From the NCBI GenBank assembly GCA_025453875.1, contig JALOPN010000001.1, positions 1 to 54,117 on the forward strand: 54,117 nucleotides of DNA, read 5' to 3'. The translations under genes and the position numbers were made by a program. A model generated the notes under the pieces. The model was given only the letters and a program-made list of their open reading frames with translations. It was not told the DNA's origin and made no database searches. This stretch comes from Gemmatimonadaceae bacterium (lineage in GTDB: Bacteria; Gemmatimonadota; Gemmatimonadetes; Gemmatimonadales; Gemmatimonadaceae). Shown here one piece after another: positions 46,182-54,117 of the stretch (the stretch's first letter is position 1; each line of letters begins with the position of its first letter).

Positions 46182-47720
46182 TCAGCCCGTCGTGGCCGGT
46201 GCGCCGCGGCGGGCTTCGAGCTGTTCGCGCACGTCGCGTGCACGCGCTTCCGTGATCGGGTAGCGCGCCACGGCCCAGATGGCGAGCGCCGACGTGGCCA
46301 TGGGGATGAGAACGTCACAGAGGCGCAGCAGCAGGATTGTCTGCGGGTCCTGCGCGCCGCCCTTCGCGACATCGAAGCCCGTGGCGTTGAGCAGGAAGCC
46401 ACCGGCGGCCAGCGCGGCCGCCATGCCGAGCTTCACGACCCACCAGAAGATCGACCCGAACATCCCTTCGCGGCGTTGATGGGTGGTCAGCTCATCCACG
46501 TCACACACGTCCGCGATCATCGCGCCCATGAGCGTGAACAGGCCGCCAAGACCGAAGGCCATGAGCGGGACCGGGACGAGCAGCAGCATCGGATAGGCCG
46601 GATTGTAGCAGAACCACTTCAGGCCGTAGCCGAGTATGGACAGCCCGGTGGACACGAAAAACGCCTTGCGCTTGCCGAGGCGCGTGCTGAGCGCCGTCAC
46701 GATGAAGATGACCGCGAAGGTGGACGCCGCGCCGAGCGTTCCGGCGTATCCCGAGTAGCGAGCGCCGAGCTCCTGATTGCCGCCGAACACGTAGTAGATG
46801 ATCACGTACGTCTGGAACGACGAGATCATGATGAAGCCGTTGAACACCAGGAAGGTCGCCGCGCACAACTTGAGGAACGGACCCGAGCGGACCGTCGTGG
46901 CAAAGCCGCGGAAGAACTCGCGCATGTTGTGCTGGAACGCAGCCCAGCGGGTGCGACCTGCGGCCTCGGCGCTCTCGGCCGCTTGCACGAATCGCTCACG
47001 CAACACCAGCGCCGGTACGATCCCGATCGACGCGGCGACGAGGCCGATCGCGATTCCAAGGCCACGGGCACCGCTCACCTGATCGGTGAACCACGCCTTG
47101 TTCGACATGATCCACAGGAACCACGGCGAAATCAGGTAGGCGAGCTGCCCGATGAAGTTCTGCACGCCCATGAGGCGCGTTCGCTCGTGGTAATCGGGCG
47201 TGAGTTCATAGCCGAGTGCCACCCACGGCGTCGCGAACACCGTGTAGGCGAGGTAGAAGATGATCGACCCGATCAGGAAGAACCAGAAGTAGAACGACTC
47301 GCTGCGGCCGGCCGGAAGTTGCCAGAGGAGCGCGAACAGCACGCCCGACGCGATCGCGCCCGCGAAGATGTACGGGCGTCGCCGTCCCCAGCGCGAGCGC
47401 GTGGTGTCCGAGATGTAGCCCATCATCGGATCGGTCAGCGCGTCGGTGATGCGCGGGAGCGCGCCAAGGAGTCCAACCAGCGCGGGGTTCATGCCCAACC
47501 CAAGGTTGAGCACGATCGTCATGCCGCCGATGGCGGCGGCGAGCAGGTTGTTGACGAAGGCACCGAGGCCGTAGGCCACCTTGCGGCCGAAGCTGATGCG
47601 ATCGGCCGTCGCCGTCTGAAACTGCGACGTGAAACCCGTGTGTCCCGAATCATCGATGCGTGTGTGCCAGGCGGCGACCGCCAGCTGCCACAACGCACGG
47701 GCGCGGGTCGCGATACTCAC
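46182..47720 (-). CDS. glycoside-pentoside-hexuronide (GPH):cation symporter, MFS superfamily
   Basis: About 12 TM segments and the GPH signature DALTDPMMGYISDTTRSRWGRRRPYI. The GTG start at 47720 overlaps the GH16 stop (GTGA). Confidence 0.9.
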   Translation of the reverse strand: MSIATRARALWQLAVAAWHTRIDDSGHTGFTSQFQTATADRISFGRKVAYGLGAFVNNLLAAAIGGMTIVLNLGLGMNPALVGLLGALPRITDALTDPMMGYISDTTRSRWGRRRPYIFAGAIASGVLFALLWQLPAGRSESFYFWFFLIGSIIFYLAYTVFATPWVALGYELTPDYHERTRLMGVQNFIGQLAYLISPWFLWIMSNKAWFTDQVSGARGLGIAIGLVAASIGIVPALVLRERFVQAAESAEAAGRTRWAAFQHNMREFFRGFATTVRSGPFLKLCAATFLVFNGFIMISSFQTYVIIYYVFGGNQELGARYSGYAGTLGAASTFAVIFIVTALSTRLGKRKAFFVSTGLSILGYGLKWFCYNPAYPMLLLVPVPLMAFGLGGLFTLMGAMIADVCDVDELTTHQRREGMFGSIFWWVVKLGMAAALAAGGFLLNATGFDVAKGGAQDPQTILLLRLCDVLIPMATSALAIWAVARYPITEARARDVREQLEARRGAPATTG

Positions 47721-48514
47721 GGCGCGCGCTGGTAGACGCGCACCCAGTCAACGAGCATCGTCTGCGGGAACCGTGTGTCGGCGTTGGGTGAGCCGACGAA
47801 CGTGCCGCCCACCGCGACGTTGAGAATGAGGTAGAACGGATGGTCGAACACCCACGGACCCGGTACGTCGGTGCGCCGCACGGTGTGATAGAGGCGATCG
47901 TCCACGAAGAAATCGATCCGGTCGGCAGTCCAGTCGGTGCGGAACTCGTGGAAACCGTCATCGAAGCGTGCGCCCTGCAGCTCGAAGCGACGCGTGATGC
48001 CGTTCCCCGCCGAGTAGCCGGGGCCGTGAATGGTGCCGTGTACGACGCGCGGCTCCTGTCCGCGATACTCCATGACATCGATCTCGCCGGCCTGCGGCCA
48101 CCCGACCTGCGCAAAGTTGCCGCCGAGCATCCAGAACGCGGGCCAGATCCCCTGACCCACGGGCAGCTTGATGCGCGCCACGATGCGACCGTACTGGAAC
48201 TCGCGCTTGCCGGCGGTGGTGATGCGCGCCGACGTGTAGTTGCGGCCGTTGAACGACTCGGCACGTGCCACGATGGCAAGATTGCCGTTGCCGTCAAGCG
48301 AGGCGTTGCTCGCGCGATCGGTGTCGAATTCGAGTTGTGCGTTGCCCCAGTCGGTCCCGACGTCGAAGCGCCAGTTGGCGGCGTCGGGGAGGGTACCAGC
48401 GGCGCCCGTGAACTCATCTTGCCAGACGAGGGCATAGTCGGGATCCGCAGGTTCGGTGCTGCATCCGAGCAGCGCGGCTGCGAACAGCATCGCAGAAAGG
48501 GAGGAACGCATCAT
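47717..48514 (-). CDS. GH16 endo-beta-1,3(4)-glucanase (laminarinase-type) lipoprotein
   Basis: ATGATG at 48514 gives MMRSSLSAMLFAAALLGCS. The catalytic motif is GEIDVMEY (ExDxxE), with WPAFWMLG nearby. Confidence 0.9.
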   Translation of the reverse strand: MMRSSLSAMLFAAALLGCSTEPADPDYALVWQDEFTGAAGTLPDAANWRFDVGTDWGNAQLEFDTDRASNASLDGNGNLAIVARAESFNGRNYTSARITTAGKREFQYGRIVARIKLPVGQGIWPAFWMLGGNFAQVGWPQAGEIDVMEYRGQEPRVVHGTIHGPGYSAGNGITRRFELQGARFDDGFHEFRTDWTADRIDFFVDDRLYHTVRRTDVPGPWVFDHPFYLILNVAVGGTFVGSPNADTRFPQTMLVDWVRVYQRAP

Positions 48515-48533
48515 GGCTGCTCGAGGTGAGGCG

Positions 48534-49805
48534 CTACGCCGCGCCGACGGAAGGAAAGAGGGAGGGATCGGCCAGCGCCGCTTCCAGCGCGAGCGTGGCC
48601 GCACCAACGGCGACCCCGAGAGGGCCGAGTTCGCTGTGCTTGATCTCCGAGGCGGCGACCGCACTCACGAACGTGCGACGCAAGACGGTTTCGCGCAGTG
48701 GTTCGAGCAGGCGATGGCCAACGCGAGCGAGCCCACCGCCAATGATCACGGCCGCCGGATTCTGCAGGTTGAGCAGACCAGCGATGGCGATGCCGAGGTG
48801 GCCCGCAGCTTCCGACACGACCTGCACGGCGAGCGGATCATCGTCGATCGCCGCCGCTTCGATGGCTGCAATGGTCAACGCTCGCTTTCGCTTGCTCGCG
48901 TGCAGTGCGCTCGACGGGAAATCTGCGAGCAGCGACTCCGCGCGACGCACGAGTGCGGCCGCGCCCACGAACGTCTGCAGGCACCCGCGGTTTCCGCAGC
49001 CGCACAGCTCGCCGCGTGGATCGATGGCCACGTGGCCGATTTCGCCGGCCACACCGGTGGCGCCGCGTCGCACCGCACCGTCGATCACGTGTCCCGAACC
49101 GATACCGGTGGCGACCTTGATGTACGTGAAGTCCCGCACCCCGCGCCCCGCGCCCCACCACTGCTCGGCGAGGGCGCCGAGGTTGGCGTCGTTGTCGAGA
49201 AAGAGCGGCGCGTTGAACGCGCGTTGCAGCGCGTCGAAGCCGTGACGTCCCTCCCACGCCGGCAACACGAGCGGTGACAGCCGCTCCGGATGACGCGGGT
49301 CCACGGGGCAGGGCAAGCCGATGCCGATGCCGAGCAGCGGTGCGCGACCGGCGCTGCGCTCCTGCAGCGAGCGTTCAATGAGCGCCGCCGCCAGCGTCCG
49401 TGTGCCGTCGGGATCGTGTCGCACATCGCACGGATGCGACGCCGTCGTCAGCACGCGTCCGCGCAGATCGGTGATCACGACGGTGAGGTGCGTGGCGCCA
49501 ATGTCGAGCCCCACGATGCGACACGCATCGTCGCGGAAGTGGAGATTGATGGGCCGCCGCCCCCCGCTCGACTCACCTACGCCCGCTTCAGCGACGAGCT
49601 CTCGCTCGATCAGCGACGCGACCAACTCGGAGACGGTGGAGCGAGAGAGCTCGGTGCGTCGCGCCAGTTCGGCCCGCGAGATCTCACGCTCCTGCCAGAT
49701 GAGGCGCAGGAGCGTGTCGGCGAGTGCCGACGGACGTGCGCCACTGGGAACAGTGGCGCGTCCGACGGACTGGGCGGGAGCACGGTAGAGCAGGCGGTCA
49801 CGCAT
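48534..49805 (-). CDS. ROK-family transcriptional regulator (N-terminal wHTH + sugar-kinase-like fold)
   Basis: The wHTH is ISRAELARRTELSRSTVSELVASLIE. ROK motifs are GLDIGATH, DNDANLGALAE, GEIGH, and the Zn site CGCGNRGCLQ. Confidence 0.9.
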   Translation of the reverse strand: MRDRLLYRAPAQSVGRATVPSGARPSALADTLLRLIWQEREISRAELARRTELSRSTVSELVASLIERELVAEAGVGESSGGRRPINLHFRDDACRIVGLDIGATHLTVVITDLRGRVLTTASHPCDVRHDPDGTRTLAAALIERSLQERSAGRAPLLGIGIGLPCPVDPRHPERLSPLVLPAWEGRHGFDALQRAFNAPLFLDNDANLGALAEQWWGAGRGVRDFTYIKVATGIGSGHVIDGAVRRGATGVAGEIGHVAIDPRGELCGCGNRGCLQTFVGAAALVRRAESLLADFPSSALHASKRKRALTIAAIEAAAIDDDPLAVQVVSEAAGHLGIAIAGLLNLQNPAAVIIGGGLARVGHRLLEPLRETVLRRTFVSAVAASEIKHSELGPLGVAVGAATLALEAALADPSLFPSVGAA

Positions 49806-49846
49806 CGCGGTTCCTCAGCGGCCCGCGGGGCGAGCCGCGAGCCGGG

Positions 49847-52273
49847 TCACTTGTGCAGCAGCACGTTGTCGATGAAGACCGTCTTGGGATCGCCCGAGAT
49901 GATCAGCTGCGCAAGATGCCCGCGGGTGGTGAGCCCGGGGAAGAGCGTGAGCGGCAGGTCGAGTCGGCGCCACTGCCCGGTGGCGAGCCCCGGCGTTGAC
50001 GCGGCCGTGATGGTGATCTCGTGTTCGGTGTCGTCGCCGCCACCGAACGCGCCGTTGGCGCCGAAATCGACGAGCTTGATGCGGAACGCAGCCGGCGCAG
50101 CCGTCGCGTCCGGCGTCCACACGTCCATCGAGAAGTGCGTCATGGCGCGCGCATCGATGGTGGTGCTCGTGAACTCGATGCCGGCGAACACGAGATTGGA
50201 ATACTTCTTCGTGGCGTTGCCGGCAACCGACACGTCGGCCACGTCCGCGTTGTCCCACGACGCCGACCAGGTATCGACCGGACGCATCGGGTAGGCATCG
50301 CTGAAGAGCGCGATCACGTCACCGGCCGCCCACGTCGGGGCGGGGGCGGCGGTGAGCGGCGCGGTCGGCGCCTGATCGGAGTAGAAGTAGAGATTGTCGA
50401 GATACACCGTCTTCGGATCGGACACGAAGATGAGCTGCGCGAGGTTGCCGCGCGTGACGAGCCCCGTGAAGGCGCTGAGCGGGATGTCGAAGCCCACCCA
50501 TTCGCCGGTCCGGATGCCGGGCGTGGTGGTCGCGTCGAAGGTGAGCTCATGCTCCACATCGTCTCCGCCACCGAACGCGCCGTTCGCACCGAAGTCGACG
50601 AGCTTGATCTTGAAAGTGGCCGGTGCGGCGGTCGCATCGGGCGTCCAGTAATCGAGGTGGAAGCCCGTCATGCCGCGTGCGTCGATCGTGGGTGACGTGA
50701 ACTCGATGCCGGCGAAGACGAAGTTGCTGTACTTCTTCACGTCACTCCCGGCGATCGTGACGTCCTCGACATCGGCGTTGTCCCACGGTGCCGACCACGT
50801 GCTCACTGGCACGTTCGAGTACGCGTTGCTGAAGAGCGAAATGACCTGTCCGGCAGGACGTGCCGGTGCCGGCGCGGCCGTGGTGGGCGCCGTGGGCGCG
50901 GGCACGCGATAGAAGTAGACGTTGTCGAGATACACCGTGCTCGACGAGCCGGAGAGAATGAGCTGGGCGACCTTGCTGCGTCCGGTGAGGCCGGGGAACG
51001 CCGCGAGCGGAATATCGAGGCTGCTCCACGCGTTGGCGGTGAGCGCTGGCGACGAGGTGCCGGTGAGCGTGAGTTCATGCTCGCTATCGTCACCGCCACC
51101 GAATACGCCGTTGGCCCCGAAGTCCACGAGCTTCACGCGGAATGCCGTCGTGTTCGTGACGTAGACATCGAGGTGCAGATGCGACATCGCGCGGATGTCG
51201 AGCGGATTGGCGATGAACTCGACGCCGGCGAAGACGAAGTTGGTGTAGCGCTTGGTTGCGTTGCCGGCAACCTGCACATCGGCCACATCGGCCTGGTCCC
51301 ACACGGCCGACCACGTATCCACCGGGCGCTGCGTGTACGCGTTGCTGAAGAGGGCGATCACGTCCGCGGCGTTGCGCGTAGGCGTCGGGGCCGCCGTGGC
51401 GGGCGGCGACACGGTGCTCACCGTGATCGTCCCGGTCGCGGCCGTCGCGCCAAGCGACGCGCTGATTGTCGCGTTGCCCGCACCCACAATGGCGACTTCG
51501 CCACGATCGCTCACCGTGGCCACCGCGGGGTTGGATGACGTGAAGCTGAAGTACTGCGCCGAGGCCGCCACCGTGACGTCCGCGCCATCCACGTCGAAGA
51601 TGACGGACGCACCACCGATCGTCGTGCGACCACCGACTTCATCGGCAAACGACGTCGTCGCGATCGTCGGACGCGGATTGCGAATGGTGCCGAGCTTCTC
51701 GAAGCGAATCTCGTCGATCCACAGATCGTACGCCGCATTGTTCTCCGCGCCTTCCGCGAAGAAGAACATGCCGCGCTCCTGCGACAGTCGTTCGGCGAGC
51801 GGAATCGGGATCACCACCTTGCGCCACGTGGTGCCGATCGGAATGCCACCGCGTTCCGCCGCGAAGCGCGAGGTTCCGGTGTTGTCGTTGCCAAGCCCTG
51901 CAACGTTGAGCTGGGCCGAGATGCTCGCGCGCACCCAGAAGGTGAGCGCGTCGTACTCGCGGAGGTCACGCGCGACGTTGGAGACGAACGCTCCGCCTGC
52001 GAAACCACCCGTCGCATCACCAGGCGCCGGTACCATCACCTTGAGCGACGCGCTGCCGCGGAAGGTGACCGTGGGATCGATGGTGAGCGCGTCGAGCTTG
52101 GAGCCACCGAAGGCCTCGAACCCGATCCCCGGCGCGAACCCGTCGGAGAAGATGATGGGGTCACTCGGGAACGGCGCAGGATCGAGCAGGCTCAGGTCGC
52201 GGCTGCACGCGGCGAGCAGAAAGCCGGTGCCAAGCATCGCAAGCAGGCGATGGGCGGACGAGCGCGGGGACAT
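49847..52273 (-). CDS. surface lipoprotein with an N-terminal CBM-like domain, a Big_2 Ig-like domain and three tandem ~170-aa putative glycan-binding repeats
   Basis: The ATG at 52273 gives MSPRSSAHRLLAMLGTGFLLAAC. A Big_2-like segment is FTSSNPAVATVSDRGEVAIVGAGNATISA. Three repeats follow, each with VI.LFS.AY...PV.TWSA.WD.ADV.DV..AG...K.Y.N.VFAG.EF...KLVDFGANG.FGGGDD.EHE...YLDN.YFY. Confidence 0.75.
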   Translation of the reverse strand: MSPRSSAHRLLAMLGTGFLLAACSRDLSLLDPAPFPSDPIIFSDGFAPGIGFEAFGGSKLDALTIDPTVTFRGSASLKVMVPAPGDATGGFAGGAFVSNVARDLREYDALTFWVRASISAQLNVAGLGNDNTGTSRFAAERGGIPIGTTWRKVVIPIPLAERLSQERGMFFFAEGAENNAAYDLWIDEIRFEKLGTIRNPRPTIATTSFADEVGGRTTIGGASVIFDVDGADVTVAASAQYFSFTSSNPAVATVSDRGEVAIVGAGNATISASLGATAATGTITVSTVSPPATAAPTPTRNAADVIALFSNAYTQRPVDTWSAVWDQADVADVQVAGNATKRYTNFVFAGVEFIANPLDIRAMSHLHLDVYVTNTTAFRVKLVDFGANGVFGGGDDSEHELTLTGTSSPALTANAWSSLDIPLAAFPGLTGRSKVAQLILSGSSSTVYLDNVYFYRVPAPTAPTTAAPAPARPAGQVISLFSNAYSNVPVSTWSAPWDNADVEDVTIAGSDVKKYSNFVFAGIEFTSPTIDARGMTGFHLDYWTPDATAAPATFKIKLVDFGANGAFGGGDDVEHELTFDATTTPGIRTGEWVGFDIPLSAFTGLVTRGNLAQLIFVSDPKTVYLDNLYFYSDQAPTAPLTAAPAPTWAAGDVIALFSDAYPMRPVDTWSASWDNADVADVSVAGNATKKYSNLVFAGIEFTSTTIDARAMTHFSMDVWTPDATAAPAAFRIKLVDFGANGAFGGGDDTEHEITITAASTPGLATGQWRRLDLPLTLFPGLTTRGHLAQLIISGDPKTVFIDNVLLHK
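49850..51397 (-). repeat. three tandem coding repeats (about 507, 528 and 516 nt) inside the lipoprotein gene
   Basis: Nucleotide-level similarity is visible. Examples are ccgccaccgaacgcgccgtt.gc.ccgaa.tcgacgagcttgat at ~50040, ~50565 and ~51095. The protein repeats are separated by the linkers APTAPTTAAPAP and APTAPLTAAPAP. Confidence 0.85.
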
Positions 52274-52332
52274 CGAAGGCTCCGAGGCGGGGGCGGAGAG
52301 GCCGACCGGTCGTGATCGGGGAGGGATGGCCA

Positions 52333-52385
52333 GCTTTGTTTGGCTGGCGAACAAAGTATGGGTGCCGTGTTCGGAACCTGTCAAG
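52333..52385 (-). promoter_or_regulatory. putative promoter (-35-like CTTGACAG) plus 9-7-9 palindromic operator upstream of the repeat lipoprotein gene
   Basis: The minus strand reads CTTGACAG (52385..52378) ... ACTTTGTTC-gccagcc-AAACAAAGC (52357..52333). This is the same box and half-site as at 38821..38870. The palindrome ends 59 nt before the ATG at 52273. Confidence 0.65.
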
Positions 52386-52429
52386 CACAAAAACACGACG
52401 CCCCCGCGCCGAGGGGGCGCGGGGGCGTC
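52386..52429 (-). terminator. canonical intrinsic terminator after the TonB-dependent receptor gene
   Basis: A perfect 14-bp GC stem (plus strand GACGCCCCCGCGCC-gaggg-GGCGCGGGGGCGTC, 52397..52429) begins 21 nt after the stop codon. On the minus strand it is followed by GTGTTTTTGTG. Confidence 0.8.
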
Positions 52430-52450
52430 GGCCGAGGAGGCGACGTAGGC

Positions 52451-54117
52451 TCAGCCGAGCGTGAGCCCCACCCGCAGCGTGCGGCCGGCTTGCGGCAGCC
52501 CACACTTGTCGTAGATCGCCCGATCGAGGGCGTTCTCGACCTGCAGCGTGCCTCGCAGCCGCCGGAACAGGCCGGCGCCAAACCAGGTGCGCTCGAGACC
52601 CAGGTCGACGGCCGTCGCGCCTGCCTGCCGCTCCAGCGCGTCCCCGTTCGTGCAGCGGGTGTCGCCGAGCGAGCGCAGGCGGGCAAGCGCGTCCACCCCG
52701 CCCCCGACGCGTCCCGAGGCGAGCAACGACCCGAAGACCTGCGGCACATCTTCGGGGCGACGGAACGCCGCATCGGTGATGGTGGCGTCGGTCAGTCGGG
52801 CCCGCTGCCAGGTCACATCGCCGCGCAGCGCAAGCCGACCGAGCGTCGTCCCGCCCGTGGCCTCGAGCCCATGGCTCGTGAACCGGTCGCGGTTGAACCG
52901 GAAGAAGCGACGATTGGCGAGTGTGGTGCGTACGACCGCATCGTCGATGCGCTGCGTGAAGGCGACCACTTGAAGGTCGAACGCGGCCCGCTGCATGGTC
53001 ACGCCCACCTCGGCGCTGTGCGCCGTTTCCGGCCGCAGCTCGGGATTGGGCTGGAATCGGCCGAGTGCCCCCGAATAGAGCTCGCGCAGCGCGGGGAACC
53101 GACGGCGCTCGCTCGCCGAGGCGTGCAGTCGCAGGGCTTGCGAGGGGACAAACCACGTCGCGCCGACGCGCCACCCAAGGCCGTCTTTGCGGCCGAGCGG
53201 CTCCCGCCCACCGGCTTCGTCCGTCGTGGCTGCGTCGGAGGAGAGGCCCGCCGTGAGCGTGAGGAATCGGGTGGGCATCAGGTCGAGCTCGGACGCCACG
53301 CTCTGCAGCCGCTGCCGATAGGTCGCGGTGGGGTCCTGATTGATCGTCTCGAGGTAGCGGATCTCGGCGTTGGTGAACGCCCCCCGCAGCACCGCGCGGT
53401 CGCCCAGCTGCTGGTCGAACGTCAGGCGGGTGGTGATGGTGCGGTCATCCCCCAGCTCGGTGCCGGTGACCTGCGCGTAGTCGCGCGTCGCGAAGCTCTC
53501 AATTTCGACGTACCCCTCGTTGTAGCCCACCGAGAGCTCGGCATCTCCCACACCGAGTCGGCTGCGCAGGCCGCCCGTGCCCGCGCTCACCGAGGCGATT
53601 CGCCGCTGCACGACCGGATTGCGCCACAAGCGTGGCTGATCGACATGCAGTTCGGGGGCGACGCCGCGCTCCCCGTCGAGGGTGGAGACGAAGGCGGCCA
53701 GATAGCGCCCCTGCGCTACCGGGCGGCCGCGAAGAGGTCGACGGTCCGCGCGTCGGTATTCAGTCGCAGGCGATCAGTCGTGCCGGGTTCGGACAGGTCG
53801 CTCGGGCGCACGAGCCCCGGCAGGTCGCGGAAACCGCCGCCGGCGCGCAGGGTGACGGAGCTCGTCGCCGAATGATGCAGCGCGCCGCCCACGAGCGCCG
53901 AGGTGCGCACACCGCCGAACTGATCGGCCTGCACCTCGACTCGGCTCACGCGATCGGGGCGCCGCGTGGGATCGTGGTCGGCGAAGAGTTTGGCGGAGAC
54001 GACCCCACCGATCGCGTTCGGCCCCGCCAGCAGCGAGGAGAGACCACGCACGTACTCCACTTGCTGCACACCGCCGAGCGGAACGGCCGAGACATCGGCG
54101 CGGGCGTCCCAGGTGAG
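52451..54117 (-). pseudogene. TonB-dependent receptor, N-terminus outside the window, reading frame broken near 53716..53773 (frameshift or sequencing error)
   Basis: The upstream fragment (frame of 53716..54069) carries the plug motif VEYVRGLSSLLAGPNAIGGVV and stops at ...TVDLFAAAR*. The downstream fragment (52451..53773, another frame) continues sensibly as ..VAQGRYLAAFVSTLDGERG... It runs through barrel strands to the C-terminal GRTLRVGLTLG. The two frames overlap in the GC run gcggccgcccgg. Confidence 0.65.

Noticed and set aside
40320-47735. Long opposite-strand ORFs 40320..41855, 41996..43687 and 44367..46166 (minus), and 46476..47735 (plus).
   Set aside because: They are antisense to the GH-barrel, the two GH3 genes and the MFS gene respectively. 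None has a motif, and the composition is typical of shadow frames.
49850-51397. Regularly spaced nucleotide repeats that might suggest a CRISPR-like or VNTR array.
   Set aside because: The period is about 510-530 nt. The repeats are in frame within one long ORF and encode homologous protein domains, so they are coding-domain duplications.
52340-53875. 511-aa plus-strand ORF over the receptor gene.
   Set aside because: It is antisense to the TonB-dependent receptor fragments and has no recognisable domain.

Overview
High-G+C (about 68-72% on hand-counted lines) chromosomal segment from a diderm bacterium, with a TonB-dependent receptor and outer-membrane-type barrels. The gene content is reminiscent of Gemmatimonadota, but the taxon cannot be proven from the sequence. 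I support about 40 protein-coding genes and found no rRNA, tRNA, CRISPR array or intact mobile element. Many long ORFs in the track are antisense shadows or 5' over-extensions typical of GC-rich DNA, so I re-set several starts by reading the DNA.

Gene blocks, left to right:
1. LivJ-type binding lipoprotein translationally coupled to a hybrid histidine kinase, which runs off the left edge and is absent from the ORF track.
2. Housekeeping genes: sugar O-acetyltransferase, HAD hydrolase, fhs and a Ser/Thr kinase.
3. The four-gene ligase-associated DNA-damage-response operon (exonuclease, ATP-dependent ligase, Lhr-type helicase, PdeM), joined by ATGA overlaps.
4. MBL hydrolase, M1 aminopeptidase, Zn-ADH, tesB and an FAD oxidoreductase.
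5. A compact cluster with the gene set and order of the glyoxylate-assimilation half of the Chloroflexus 3-hydroxypropionate bi-cycle: mch, mcl, mct, two paralogous family-III CoA-transferases, and a divergent meh.
6. Glutathione peroxidase and an M28 peptidase.
7. A roughly 4.5-kb lower-G+C insert (about 32.7-37.4 kb). It holds a LuxR-type HTH, a beta-propeller lipoprotein, and an exported Cys-rich protein whose stop overlaps the start of an exported HExxH/WLxEG metallopeptidase. This is my best candidate for an undescribed system.
8. A beta-glucan (laminarin-type) utilisation locus. It contains a clan GH-A glycosidase fused to a large C-terminal beta-barrel, two signal-less GH3 enzymes, a GPH/MFS symporter, a GH16 lipoprotein, a ROK regulator, a lipoprotein with three tandem ~170-aa repeats, and an apparently frameshifted TonB-dependent receptor.

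Two promoters in this last locus, 13 kb apart, share an identical CTTGACAG box followed by the same 9-7-9 AT-rich palindrome (half-site ACTTTGTTC). This is a likely operator.
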